Assembly (NCBI RefSeq): GCF_022539665.2
Contig: NC_081331.1
Span: 7,378,001 to 7,442,000 of the forward strand
Source: Daphnia carinata
Taxonomy: Eukaryota
Length of the DNA stretch: 64,000 nt
Direction: 5' to 3'
Below, one piece after another: positions 27,101-42,100 of the stretch; within the stretch, counting starts at the first letter, position 1; the number at the start of each line of letters is the position of its first letter. A model generated the notes under the pieces. It ran no database searches. It was not told the DNA's origin and saw only the letters and a program-made list of their open reading frames with translations. Made by a program: the position numbers and the translations under genes.

Positions 27101-30100
27101 ACTATTTTTTCCCCTCCTTGCGCACTTTCACTATCGATTGATTAATGTCTATTAACGTTCACGTCGACTTTAAGGGCAATGACGGACAGAGGGATAACAG
27201 AGCGGGAGGAGGGATCATTTAAGCTTTTTATAAAAGAGAGAGGGTTGAAAGGATAGGAGGTGACGAGGATGGAAAGCCATGAAACTATTTTTCTTCTATT
27301 CGGCACTGGCTATAAGTCTTTCAGCAAAAGACTTCTTTTTTTCCCCCTTCTTTTTTACGTATCCGACCGGCCATTGGTGCAGCGTGCATGGCCGCTTCCT
27401 CCCCCGCTTTGACTAGCCTATGTGGACGCCATAGACGGGAAAAAAAAAAGTCTTCTCACCCCCGCACACCCCTCTTTTTCCTCCTACTACCCGAACATCT
27501 CATCCCATTCACTTCATCCGGCACATTTGGCAGCCCCTCCTCTGACATATTGGTTCCGTCTATGCCCTTCCTTTTAAATTTTTTTTTACTCGGCCCGATT
27601 GCGTTGCCGTGGATACAGCCTCTTCCGTCTATATATCCACCTTATACTTTTCTACTTTCCTATACTTTCTATGGATTCTCGTCCCCAACGAATACGCGTA
27701 CGGCCCAATAGCTTCAGCTGGATTTGCTTCTCCTTCTTCTTCTTTTTTTTTTATTTTCGTTTTTTCTTTCCTTTTTTCCCTTGGGTTTCATCTCTATTTG
27801 ATTTGATAAGAAAAGAAAATATATATATTTAGATTTTCTCCAAATTCGCTTTGATTAAACACTCCCCTCTCGCGAGCACTTTTAAGGCGGAGAGAATACG
27901 TAAAAGATATTATAGATGTCTATTACATACTATATATATGCTTCGACTGAGTAATAAAAAAGTGTATGGCAATATGTAGAAGGAAAAATTGAGTTTAAGG
28001 TTGTTGCGCTGGTTGTTGTTGTTGTTGTTGCCGAAGTGGAGCAATACGAAAGGAAGTGCATCATCCTGGTAGCATAATATCTTGGGGCTTGCGTCGCATT
28101 ATCACAAAAAAAAAAAGTTCAACCTCAAATAAAAAGGGCTGAAAAAAATGGTGGGAGACTGGCTAGTAATAGTGTGGTATACACACAGAATGCAAAGGCA
28201 CGTCCGATCATTTTTTGCGCAGAGTTTTCAGTAGCGCGTATGAAATATTAAAAGAAAAAAAAAAAGAAACAAGCTAGACGAAAAAAAAGAAAAGTAAGGC
28301 AACTGTCACTGACATGATCCGATTCGCTTTTGCCTCCGCGACGACATAATCTTCTTTTGAGCAGAGAGCAGACAAAAAAAAAGACATCCCCAACTACAAA
28401 ACAAATATATGAAGCAAAGAGAAATAAGGAAAATATCCATCACACGTCAAAAAGTACAATCATTGTAGTCGATGAAGTTATTGATGCGCTTTTCCAATAC
28501 AAATTGGTGGGGAAAAACCTACTAAATAATGCCGGTCGAACGCAATAATGAGATGCAAAATTTGGTCCTCATTTCATCTTCTACCAGGTCTATATTAAAA
28601 CCTTTGGATGAAGCATCTCGTCAGAAGCAAAGTTTCATTTCAACCTTGAGATTTGGTAAACCGCATCGAAATAGCATTGCTGTTTGTCATCATTATAGAG
28701 AGCAGATGAACCAATAGGAAACGTCTTTATCAAAGTTTAATAGGGGAAAAAAATGAATCACTGTGGCATAAGGCTCTAAGGTTTTTGTGATTGTTTCCTT
28801 CAACGAATTTATTCATCCCGTTACCACAGCAACGCAGATGGAAAATTGGCTTTCATAGTATAACCAACAGATTTGAACGTGGTCCCGTGTTATTCTTCGA
28901 TTGGTTGTTATCGTTGTATGTGCAGCACGGCAACGCGGATGAATATACTTCGGCGGTTATAGGTCGTGATGACGATTCGATCTCGCCATATCTTCCTAAT
29001 TGGCCATGATTATACACATCCTCTTCTCTTCTCTCTTCTTACACAGACCAGACGTTGGGTCTTTTGTCGACGAAAAGAAAATAGGGCAATTTGAAACTCG
29101 TTCGGCTTTGTATATGTCATTAATGTAATCCTATTCACTGGTTAGATATACTCAATGGCGTGGGTCTTTCAAAAAAAAACAAAAAAAAACGCAGCACTAG
29201 TTGTTTTGCCAGTTGTGGTCTTCTTGGCAACGGACGGCCCAACCAAACTTGGCAGCCCCTCTCGATGGACCATCTCCTTCTACTTATCCGAGTCCGTATA
29301 TTGTCTTCATTTCAAAAATCGTGCGTCAGCACAAAATAGCGACATACAATGCGTTTGCACTCTCAACAGCTGAATGCAGCGACACGCAATGTTACAAACT
29401 AATCCGCGTTGTCAGACTGTTGAGGATGTTGCGGCAGGACAATCCACGAAAGCCGCGCATCCGACTGAAGTTCCGTGAATTATACGCTGCCGCGATGGAC
29501 TAGCACTTTTAGCGTACAAATAATGACTAACGGCCGCACGCCCTCCAACTATTTCCCCTCATTTATCAGCGTTTTGCTGTCTGACTTTTTTCACGTTAAC
29601 AACCACGGACGCGCATACGAGTGCAGTACTTAATAAGGGACGCGTCGAACCTTTTGATGGCACCGGTCCCCCCATGCTTTTTTAGTCAGTTCCTTTGAAA
29701 GTGTATGCAAAATCTCGCATTTCATCGACACAATTTGGTGAATAGCTTTCGTGTGCCGCCGTTGATTTGTTGGTATTCATCTAAACATCAAGACGCCATC
29801 GTTGATTACTTTAAAAAGAAGTACCACTAATAAACTTCAGTTCGGTGCAGCACCGTTTTGTAAAGACGGATATCACCTACACTGTTTTTTTTTTCAATGT
29901 CCTCCCTTGTTGAAAAGAACTGATAACGACTGAAACATCAAATGGCTTGCATACTATTTTCATCGCATTTTTTTTTTCTTACTCATTACTTTTTTAAAAT
30001 TTGTTTTGTCTACCGGCATGGAAGCGTATAAGTTCTGAGTGTGGAATTGGTTAACCGAGAAACGAAAGAAAAAGAAATGCTGTGGGCGTCAAGGATATGG

Positions 30101-33100
30101 CGATCAATAATTCAGCCGGCCAAAAGACCTACACACACACACACACGCACACACACTCCGTGTGGCCTTTTTTTCTTTTTTACTTTTTCAGAGGCCATGT
30201 CAGAATTTGACTCCAAAACCAGTTTAGACAATAAAGAGTTGGCTTTGCGAAAGACTAACTCCCTAATTAAATGCAAAAAGGTGAGGGAGAATTAGCGAAT
30301 GCTGCCAATAATGTCACGCCACTTCTTTACGCCTTAAGTTAACTACGTTTCATTTTGTTTAAAAATGAACAAAAAGAGGAGAAAAAAAATGGTTGGCGCA
30401 CAAGTGAAGTGGACAATATCTGAGTCGTGCACGCATGCGCTTTTTTATGCGATATTTTTCCCCCAATAGATTTTTTTTTTTTAGACACAACCAGTATGGC
30501 GCAGTTTGCAACGCCTCCCTTTCCCCTACACACAATCACATGCAGGGACAAGGAAAAAGTCGGTCGGGATTGACCCCAAAATTCGTTTTATTCCAATGTT
30601 TATCGTTATATCTTGCTGTACACATGTAGTACACATATGACAAGTATAGCGCACTCACAATTCATATGCTGCATTGGTCGATAAATTATTCAACGCCGTA
30701 ACCCTCTGTTACCTACCGCCCGCTAAGATACTTTTTTTCCAAAAATATGCTGGTTTATCGCATTTATAGCAGCGTGAAACATCATTTGAAAAATGGAATG
30801 CATCGTACAAATGCGCCACGTTTTTTCCCTCACCTTCATTTGATTATGAACACCTGTATGATATCGAGAAAAAAAAACGAGCAACATCACAACCTGTGGA
30901 TCCGTAACGCACGTGCAATTATAAATGCAAGTGTCTATTGATGTTATACATTTGTCAACGAGCCAACCTAATTAAGTTTTGCTAGTTGTGCAGAGTGCAT
31001 ATTTGCCTTTGCATCTTAATGACATTTGTCATGGGTCAGAAAACATAGTTGAACTAGCACGAAAACGAGCAGGATGGCTAATCGACACATCAACGTGTCA
31101 CGTATAACAATAGCAGAGACGAATAAGATTTAAGATCCTGCCATCTTTAAGATGGCAGACGTCGAATAACTAGAGACAGTGAATCAACCAAAATAAGAAA
31201 AGGCAAATGAGACGATTTCGTCAGTCTTACCACTGGAATGACGTAAATGGGGGCAATCGGTGATTGCGGATGTTGGTTGGCCCAAAACGAGGTTTTTTTA
31301 CGAGTTCACCAGGCTTGGTGGGGAAGACACTTTAGTGCGCATGGCACGCCAGCAGACTATCAAGAACAGGACGACGAGTAAAGACCAGCGACGTGATACA
31401 AGCGCAGAAGAACACAGCACATAGCGCGAGACACAAGGAAAAACAGCCAAAGCGCTTGGAAGTGATGCGGCTGCCGCTCACTCATTAGACTCACTGCCGA
31501 GTCGTCAGGACGCGTCGAGACGGCTTCCTCTCTTCATCAGAGGCTCCAACCCTTTTGATATACGACCGGAGTTCGACAAACGCCATCACACAAACGCCTC
31601 CCCACAAGGTGGTCTACGTTCATTGTATACTAGGCAAACGTTGCCTGTACGAGCTTCTCACCGTTGGTTTAGATGCATAACTCTAATGTTACTTGCATTT
31701 TTACAGGGGGGACAGGGGAGGGGATGGGGGGGTATAGCGAATGTAGGAAGGAAAAGGGAGGAGAGTTGAGTGTACCGGAATGGGTTTAATGCCCTGACGG
31801 GCACAGCCCAGCCACCGATTGCATACGCCTCTCTCTGGCCTTCATTCTCATGTCTATTCTCTGTTGCATCGTCTATGGATGTATGATAGATCGAGCAATT
31901 TCTATTTACACATAGCTATATAAAATATAAAAAAAGGGAAAGTAAAAAAGAAATCGTTTGCATGATAATAGATCGTGTTTAATGAAACTCGAACCCTCTG
32001 CTGCTGGTTGTATTTTTTCTTATGAAATGAAAACGCTTCAAAATGTTTAAAAAAACGAGAGGGGAGAATCTTTTTTCCCCTTTTCTCTGTGTGTATTATC
32101 GAAGGAAGAAGAAGAAGAATGTATGAGAACACAAGAGGGTCCCCCATATGCACGTAACCCTTTTTAGAAAAAAAAAATTTTCTCCCCCCTGTCCTTACCG
32201 TTGACTAAATATACAAGACCGGTAGAAGATCCCTATGCCTGGGCGCCTATATACTGCCTCACTAGGCCTACTATGAAAGAAGAAGAGGAAAAAAAATATA
32301 ATAATAATAAATAAAAGAAAAAAAAAAGAATGAAGGGAGCATCTTTGTATGAGATGTGTTTCGTCATCATGAAAAGAGAGGGTTACACAAGCCTATGTCT
32401 ATTCTGCTGTTTTGGTGTATAGACCTAGGTTGATCGAAGAAGAAAAGGTAAGCACGAAAAACGAAAAAAAATAAAAAATACTGTGGGAGAATGTTTGGCC
32501 TCCCCTAGCCTGTCTCTCACCCTCTCATCCTTCTGTTCGTTTTGTGCTGTATGTATAGTTGAATTAACGGCACCCCACACAACGTACAATATAGACGCAA
32601 GGAAATCTACCCACGACCGCCAAAAGCGGAAACGATCATCTATAATTGAAATTGACATACAAAAATGGCCTCGGTCTGATGCGATGAAGCACCGCTTTTT
32701 TAAAACTATAGTTATAAAAAATCTACAGTGTTGATCGAACTAGTTTATTCTGTCTCGGTCTTTTATCTTCGAAACAATCTCGAACTAATTGCGACAAAAA
32801 GAATGAACAAAACAAAACATTTGGTTGTATTCATTCAACAGTGTTCCGTTGACGACGTCTTCACGCAGATGTCGAAGAAATAAATGGAAATTAGGTTTCG
32901 TGTAATTCAAGGATCTCTTCACAGTGGTGCCGGTATTAATCACAACGTATTACGGAAACGCCAGGGAAGTTGTTGTGAGCCCCTTAATGACGCGAAAAAG
33001 GGCTGAAACAGCGCCAAGAATGGACAGGAAGTAATGAATAGAAACGATGAATAGAACGACGAGTGTTAATTCTCCTAGTATGTTGGCAGCTTTTCCACAA

Positions 33101-36100
33101 ATCGAAACTCAAGAGTAGGGGGAAAAAAAATAAAGAAGGCGCATCATCATCATCATTTGAACAAAAAAAAAAAAAGAAAAATGATTCGGCTGAGGGTACT
33201 TTGCTGATGGGTGGGAACAAAAGATTGCAAGGCCGATCTGTATAGGGCTACTTAATGGAGGAGAGCCCTGATGGGTAATTCGAGCTGAATCAACCGGCAT
33301 TGATGAACTCGTCCGAGCTCTTCATCCTCTGTGTGATGCATATGTCTATATGCGTTGTAAGGATAAAGACTCGCAGCGTGTTACCAGCCTCTTGACATTC
33401 ACACGTGTTCCGAATGGACCCTGGAACTGCCTATTTTTTTTCTCTTATTTTTCTTCATCCTCCCTTTTCAACCGTTATGGCTATCTCTTGTATTTAATAT
33501 CCCTACGACTAGTGGATATGACACGTCCAAGCACAAGCGCATATACCACTGCGTATATCATGTAGTATCACTAGGCCTATATGTTTAAGTGATGCCAAGT
33601 GGAGTTGATGAACTGCCTGTATGAACTGAATCTTTTGTACAGCGATGGTGAAAAGCGGCAAGTTTCATTGTTCGATTCTATTTTTCTGACGTTCTTCCAA
33701 CCACTAAAACTTTTAAGTATCTTGTAAAAAAAAAAAAATTTCTAAAACAGATGGGAAACTCACGGCCATCTAGTACAATGGGGATGGCCTTAATCTCAAT
33801 TTCTTTTGTATCACTAAATAGCTCAAGTGGTGACGAGCATCAGTGGCTGAATTTAAAAAATTCAACACTTTTTCACGCTCTCGCGGGTTTTCGATAGCCG
33901 CCTCAGTCTTTGGCTCTATACTTTGTCGAGTGATATTGCATTCATCCTACCTATAACGCTTGTATAATACACACATGCCATAACGAAATACGTCTAGGTC
34001 ACGTTCAAAAAAGCGTTTAATCGAAAGCTTTGAAATATTCTAGATGACATACAGTATATGTCAAGAGTTGGATACGTTTCTTATTTTCCTTCCGACTAAC
34101 ATATGCTTTTAACTCACAGCTGTTCACGCGAACGCTTGACAGCATGTATTGCCGCACTTTCTCTATTAATACAAACGTAACGTTGAGGGGAATCTAACGC
34201 CACGCGTTATTCCGTCGCCATCGTTGCTCGGTGAGTGCCAGTCATGTGGGGCTACGTTCGTGTTTGCTGTCATTCCACATTATTATTTTTTTTTATTAAA
34301 CCAAGTGATTACAAGCTACCAGTCGGTATGTGTGAGTTGTCCTAGCGGAAAGAACATTTTGAAATCGAATTGTTGTAGCTCTACGTGACATCGAATATGC
34401 TGTCAAGAAATATGTATTTTTTATACCGTAAATGGGCCACGCATGCACTGTAGTCAAGATGCGCTGATCTCAAGCGTTCAAGTGTCGCTTAGCAAAGGTA
34501 TCATCGGTAAACGAGCGGAATTGTATAAGAAGCCCAGAAACAGTGAAAACAAATTGAGATGCACGTGAACTTGTCTGAGCAACAACTAAAGGACTGTGCA
34601 GTTACTGTAGCTTCTGCTCCACGATCTAGACAATGTTCAGACAAATTGTCCAACCAACCGCGTAATTCAAATACGAATTTTGGCTTTTTTGTTTTCCGGC
34701 ATTCATCCTTTTTGTCTAATTTACTGTGGAATTTGCCCTAACAAGATTATGGCAGGAGACTAATCTATCGCCACACGGATATAAAACAAACAACAAAAAA
34801 GTTTTCTGTTAGCGAATTTGGGAAGGGGAACGAGAAAGTTCGATCACATTACGAAGGAAAATGATTTATAAGCGTGCATAAAATAATATTTTAATGTTGT
34901 ATCGGTGTCTTCATTACTCTTGGTTTATCTATCGCCAGTATGCAACGGCCATCGTTTCTAATTAATAAACAAACGGAACCACGCTCTTTTATTTTGCGGG
35001 ATGGCGCTCGATCTCTTACTAGCGTCTCATTTGTCATTTTGGTTTTTTGTTTGATATTGGATTTTGCCGATCAGATTGGTGAAGTAGATTCTACATTGAT
35101 TTGTACATTGGTGGCGCTCTATTTTTATCTATTGGGAACGAATGGCTTCAAATGGTTTCCTTTTTTTTCTCCCGCTTCTTGTCCTCAAAACGAAAAAAAT
35201 TAATCAAAGGTGTCCGCTTCAGTATGGCGACTGAAACAAAAAGTCCGTGTGTGATTAGGGTGCCACATTTACATGCTAAACAAATGTTGTCAAGATTTGT
35301 CTAGGATCAGCTTTGATTCGCGGTATGCTTTAAACGTAAAGTCCTCGAACCTATACTTGGATCTCATGACATTAATAAGTGTAATGAGTTGCCTTGCCAC
35401 ACAACAATTGTCGGTGGTAGTATTGAATTGGCAGATCAATTACGTAATAGACGCAAGCATGAAAGATCGGATGTCCATATACAATGAAGGTGCCGGAAGT
35501 GCGTAGCAGCGCGCAAAGAAATCCTTGTTAGTGTTGAAACAAGAGCCACTAGTGTTATCGCTGTATCGTTTGTAGTGTATACCTTGTTGTCAGCTGCTTT
35601 CAAGTTGTCAAAATGGTTTAAAGACGAAAGGAAAAAAAAGGTCCTCCAGCTTTTCTTTTGGTTTATGTGCAATATTTATCTTCAAATCTCATTTGTGTAC
35701 ACTTTGCTTGTACATACACGTAGTGCACGTTAGTATTTCTTTCTTGTCATTCCCCTCTTCGTGGCTGCTACATGACATAACACGGCGCCATTTTTTGTTT
35801 ATTTCTATTACTTGTTTTGATCTCGTGACAGACGAGACACCCTTCCTCCTCCGCTTTTGTTGGCACACCAGCATCTCCCAACATGTCCCATTTGTTTGTA
35901 CCGTACGCATCTAGCAGCGCTTGTTAAAATTTGGCAGTCCTTTTTGACTAGTGGGACAAAGCTATCCGATGTGGTAGGTGATACGACATGATGTCGGATC
36001 TATTTTTAAGCAATTGAAAGGGCAAAAAATCCGCATTCATTATTTCCGTTGACTGATGTATTGATACTCGAATAATACCATACAAACAGCCGGGTGCGGA

Positions 36101-39100
36101 GAAATTCTTGATACGAGTTTGGTTTTTTTAAAAACAATATTCATAACTCGAAACACATAAAAAAATATGTTGTTTATTTTACAGCCAATTTATCTTATGT
36201 GTTGTTCGTTGGAAGACAACATTTCCTAACAAAAAAAAAATGTATAGCTTGTGTGTTACGAAATCGTACAGCCAAATCTTGTTTTAGAAAAGGTGGCGTC
36301 AATATTTTAGAATTGCGTCCGTGTAAGTTAGATCTTATGGAGATCGGAGCGCGATCAGATGATCCGCGTCATCCACCCAATTTCCGCGTAGAAAAGTTGA
36401 ACATGTAAAAAAAAAACCGCCTTCCTATAGTTTTCTTTTTTAGGGGGGCACGCCTTTGATACGGTTGGTTCAATTTGGATGGTGGCGTCATCGCTCTATT
36501 TGAATTTTCCTTTTCTCTTATCTACTTGCCCTATAGTGCTTTTATCTTCCTTTGCCGTCTTCAAAGTGACGTGTTCCGTCATGGCACTTTCTTATTGAAA
36601 CACTGCCGTGTGATGCAGTCAAAAGCAGCCGTGCACTGGCAGATCGCAATCGGATGGAGATGATGAAAAGAGACGACCCCTTCAGTCAGGAAATAAATCA
36701 TTCGCCAGTTTCAATACAGGATATATACTTATAACTTATAGATATATATATATCCATGTGCGCACAGCAGCATTCTTTTCTATTTTTCTTTTGATTTTTT
36801 TTTTCCTTGTCGAATTTAATAAGCAACAGAAGGGATTCAACGGAAAGAAACCAAACTGGAGCATTGGAAGAAACGGAGATGGGGAAGCAGAAAGGAAAAA
36901 AAATGATTAAAATCACCCAGCCAAAGCGATGTGCCGATGTGGCAACCAAGCAGAAACCAAAAAAGCACCGTCCCTGCTTCATACCACTGTGCATTTCTGG
37001 AGTATGAAATGAGGAAGAAAAAAAAAATATTATTATTATTTTTTGTTTTATAAAAGCTGTTCGGCGTCCTCTTTCCCGTCCCCTTTTACAGTTATTGCAA
37101 TGATGTGTGTTAGGCACATTTTGTCCGCCTCTCACGTAGATTCTTGTTGCGTTACTCGGTCACGGACAACAACCAGTACTACCGTTCAATTACTCTCGAT
37201 TCAGCCGACCGAATCTTCTTAATGTTTCAATAAATCTGCTAGACGCCCAAACGTTTTATTTATTATTTATCATTTATTTTTGTGTGTGTGTATGTGTGTG
37301 TGTGTTTTGTCTTCATACTTAGCCTGGTTATCTGTACAGCGCGTGACACTCACAACACGGCCGGCTGGGAACCATCAACATGCAATAAAAAAGAAAAGAA
37401 AAAGAAACGACGAATTTTACATGGATTGTGCACTGCCTGTATTTATGTATAGCCGACACAGTTTTCGTAGAACACGTGTAGCCACTACAATAAATCGAAA
37501 GATATAACGAGGGCAGGAGGCGGCTGATGTACGTACTATACATAAATGCAGCTTTACTTTGCTAGCAATGATATAAAAAAAACCGGCTGCCGGCGAGGTT
37601 TTCACCTGCAAATGCAAATTTGAAGCCATTGAAACTTATTTGTATAATACTGCAGATGTTTCGATTTCGAAAACTGATGTAACCCTCTCGATTTTTTTTT
37701 CCTCCCTTTTTCGGAGGGAGCTATATCCTCCCTATCTCGTGCCGTGTACCATGCTTATGTATGTATCAAAGATAAAAGAAACGTAGGCCTATTTAAATTC
37801 GATTTTTTATGTCAACTCTTTCAATCTCGTGTGTAGGCTCACATGCAAACGACACGACCCTCTCCCTAAATTCAACGGCCTATTCAGACGTTGGCGAACA
37901 ATGGCCCGCACGACTCTCCCGGTGTTCAACCCCGTTCTTGTGCTCTCGCTAACCCACCTCTAGGAGGGATATGCAAGTGTGTTACATAGGCCTGAAAATG
38001 GGGTTAGAAGGATTGAAACTAGCTAAGGCTATAGACCCTTTTGTAACTTACATAATAGCTCGTTGAAGAATTATGCATGAATTTTTTTTTTGTACATTAC
38101 GACCGTTAGAATACGCATTTGAATTTCGATTCAAATTCATTCATTTTTAGATCTTAGTCGATTCGAGCAACCAGCTGTTGCTACAATTTCATGGCTATAC
38201 ACTGTTTTGGGGAATATGTGTAGTTGCTTGCTGGCTCGCTGAATTAAGACGAGCTTCACGGAAGTTTCGAAGTGGTTCCGGAGATCTCGTCGCCTAACTT
38301 TTAATCTCCTCCGTCCTAAAGCGCCAATTCTTCAACTATTTTTGTCTCATCGAGTGGGCGTTGCAAAATCTTTGTCTGCTAAATGTATTCTTATTTCTCG
38401 GCTGGGAGGATGGCAACGAAACCATCAAATATTCGAAGAGGCTTTCTACTAATTGTGTATAGCTTTTTCCAGTAGTCTGAATGCTGCTGGCTCTTTAATT
38501 TTCGTCTCACAAACAGCTAGCTCTAGGATATATATACATTACGCAGCCTCTCAAATTTGAAAAGAAACGATGGCCCCAGCCATTCAATCAGAGGGGTATA
38601 GGCTAGAGGGCAGTCTCATTCGATTAAAAAAAAAGGAAAAAGAAAAAAGAAAAAAAGAGGAAGGGGGGAAAAAAATCTCAATGAGCGATAGAAAAAATAG
38701 AAGAGATTGTTTGAATTTTATATGAAATTCAATAGAGCCAGAGGGAGTCCTATTGAATGCTTGCTGCCAAATACATAACATGGCTTTCTAGGAGCACGGC
38801 AAGGGTTATCTTTTCCGTATAGCCTACAGTCTACATCGCACACTAGGGAAGGGATGATGATTTTAATGACTATTTGGTCTGTCGGGTAGCCATTGGAAAA
38901 TAGACGCTACCGCCGGAGTTTTGTCTACGTGTTAACTTTGCCCCATAGAGATTGCATGGGTCCCCCTCTACTCCATTGCTCCTGTACCATTCCCTTTCTT
39001 TTCTTTCATTTTTTTTTTAACCCTCTATTTTGCTCCCGTCGAGCCTTCTATTTTATAATTTTTTTAGACTTGTCCGACCCCGTCTCTTTCAACCCTTTTG

Positions 39101-42100
39101 TCCGGCTATGACATTTTTCATTTCACGTCGGAAGCGAAACAATGGTGCCAGGCACGACGCCGTCGCACAGCACATCAGTTTATTTACCCTCCATGCTGGC
39201 TGTGCTCTACGAAATGAAATAACCGACGAAGAAATATTATGTCCATGCATTCTGTAAACATGTAAATATTCAATAGATTCAAATGTTAGTTTTATCTCAA
39301 AACTTTTATGAATTTTGGTTTCGTTTTTCAAATTTTGTTTCTTGATTGATTTGGTTCTACACTTTTGCTTTCTCACTTAGAGTTCAATTTCAATATTATC
39401 TTTGGTTTATCATATTGTCTTCTTCACTTGACGATAGATTTTGCGCTTTAAAATTTACTTGTCAATATAAAATGTAACCCTAGTTCTTATCGTGTCCCTC
39501 AACATCGATAGATAAATTCTGAACCCAGTTGGCCAAAGATGTTTGTTTGAAATCACTTTTGCTGCATATGTGTGGTGGTTAGCATTCGGTGCCCGTGATG
39601 GCACTGAGGAGCGCACAAAAAAGCCATCGATTTGAATCTCGACATTCACGGCGTCTGACAAAAGAGTTGAGCCAAACTTTGTGGTTGACGAGTAATACAA
39701 ACAGAACTAAAAATACAATAGGGTTATACAGTGGTGCGTTGCGCATGGTCGCCATCATCAAACTCGAACTCTGGTATACTATACCATGGTGATTGAAAAC
39801 GAATTAAAACAGTGCGCCAAGTAGCTTTAGACTTAAACACCACGTACGTTACATTTTGTGTGCAGCATCAGTGGAACGGAAAGACCATCGCAAAAAGGGT
39901 TGCTAAGTTAAAATGATTCGTAATTGTATACGAAATAGCCAAACAAAGCGAATTATAGCCAAGCAACGTTCTATAAACGTTGAATAAAACAAGGACACAC
40001 GTAAACAGAAAAGCACATACAGCCCATCGATCACGAATAGCCAATGGAAGAGTAACAAGTCGCGACGGCTACGTAGTGCGTTCTACGAGATGCGACACAC
40101 GAGCGGAGGTGTGAATGAAGGAAAATCGAAAGTAAACGACAACATAGGTAATGACCCGAATCATTAATCATTCAGGATAGTCCGCTGAAGCATTGAATCT
40201 TGCCGATGTCGGAAGGAAAGGTCAGGAACATCACAAGCGGTACGCGCTAGACCGTGATGAAGGAGGCTGCTTGCTTGTGTGTGTATATGTTGAATTGATC
40301 GATGATTGGTAGACCTCTTTTGGTTGGGTTTTTTTTTTTCCTTTTTCTGGCCTATTTTGTTCCCATTTTTTGCTGCTGATCGATTTGACGGCCAAGGCAA
40401 AAGCTATATAAGAAAGCAATACTGAAAGAAGAGAGAGATCTGCATTTTTTAAAGCGCAGCTCTAATCTCATCCGCGCCAGCCACATCGTCAACCACCAAT
40501 TGCTATCCTCGTAAAAAAAAATGTCCTTTAGGTTCCCAGTTAAGAATGCTTTCTTTAGAGACATTGGTCACCTAAATCTACCAGCTTTTTGAATATTTTC
40601 TGCCCTTCTCCGATGTTATGACGTTTTCCTATTCTTGGTACTGAAATGCGTCAATTATTAATTATAAGTAATTGACACAAAAGTTGGTACCCTTCTGCGG
40701 TCACGAAGCATTGCCTTGTTTGCGCATCATACATTGTTATTCAATACAACCCCAAATTCTTCGGTTTTCAAGAGCGTAATGTTTATTGCTCGCAGTTCAA
40801 CAGTTACTTGTAGCAAAAATCGAGTTATCTAATTGAGAAACATGAAATTCAAAAGTAAATAACACATATGGCTAGCTTTGTACAGAACCGATTTTCTAAC
40901 GACGTAGGTCTATCGATCATCACGACGCTTTAAACCGAGTACAAGTTTTCGTTAGTTTTGTTTTAAACAACTCTTTGAATATTTTATTTTAATTCTAGCC
41001 ATATAGATACAGCTGGCTGCATAATATATAGTTGTTATGGTTTGTGTCTTCTGCTACCAGTAAAGACTGTGATTTGATTGACGAAAACCCTTTCCGTTGA
41101 TTGTCAATCATGTGGATTTTTCTTCATTTCAAAATCGCGTTAACGTCAACAGCTTGTATCGCTTCATATAACGAGATAGCAATCGTATGGACGTAGTCGA
41201 TGAAATACGATTGACAGTTGACTGGAAAACGTCTTTGTCTGTCTAGATTTTTAGTCTAGATTTTTTTTCTATTTGTTTACTTTTTGCTATTTCTTTCTTC
41301 TAGTTTGAAAAGCGAATAATATTAACATTTTTATCTGTGGTAGGTAGCAATGGTAGCCGAAGAGTAAGAAGATTGGTTAGCGCCATATGTATGTTGGTTA
41401 AGTAGAATATTGCGTGTAAGTGGGGTACTATGCTTATTTCAAAGATGCAGCATTCTTTATACTTTTTGAAGAAAGCAAATAGAACAAAAAGCAAACAAAA
41501 TAGAAGTAGAGTCCACCGCACAGACACAGTTTATCTTTATTGCTGCTTTGTCGTAGATATCGTCGTAAATATACAAAAGGAAGAGTCAAGGCCCACAAGC
41601 GCGATGTCCTCTGCCCCCTTAAAAAACAAGAGATTGAACGTATATCGAAAGAAAGATGGGTGTAGGGGATGAATGCCAAAGCAAAAAGCAGAGGAATCAA
41701 CAGAATTAAATGGTTTGTTTCAACCTAAGAATGCCGTGTGGGTAAACAATAAATAAATAATAAAAAAGAAGAAAACGTCTTTCGCTAGCCACCGTATCCA
41801 CCCCAATCTCCGTTATAGGGACACAGCGGAAAACGTAAATAAACAAACAAATAAACAAAAAGAAACAAGAAAAAAATGAAAAAAATGGGGATTGAGCAAT
41901 GTAAATATAAAGTTTTCTTTCTCGACATGTTTGTTGGGCCCTGGTTAATTCAACAAGGCGTAGAAGAGATCCTCTTTTTTGCTTTTCCTGCTGTTTCTTT
42001 TCCCGACAGCTCCCCTCCTTTCAGTTGCAGCAAAAACTTATTTTTGTGGGTGTTTAAACTAACGCATCTATTTCTGTGTTTTTTTTTTCCTTTTCTACAT

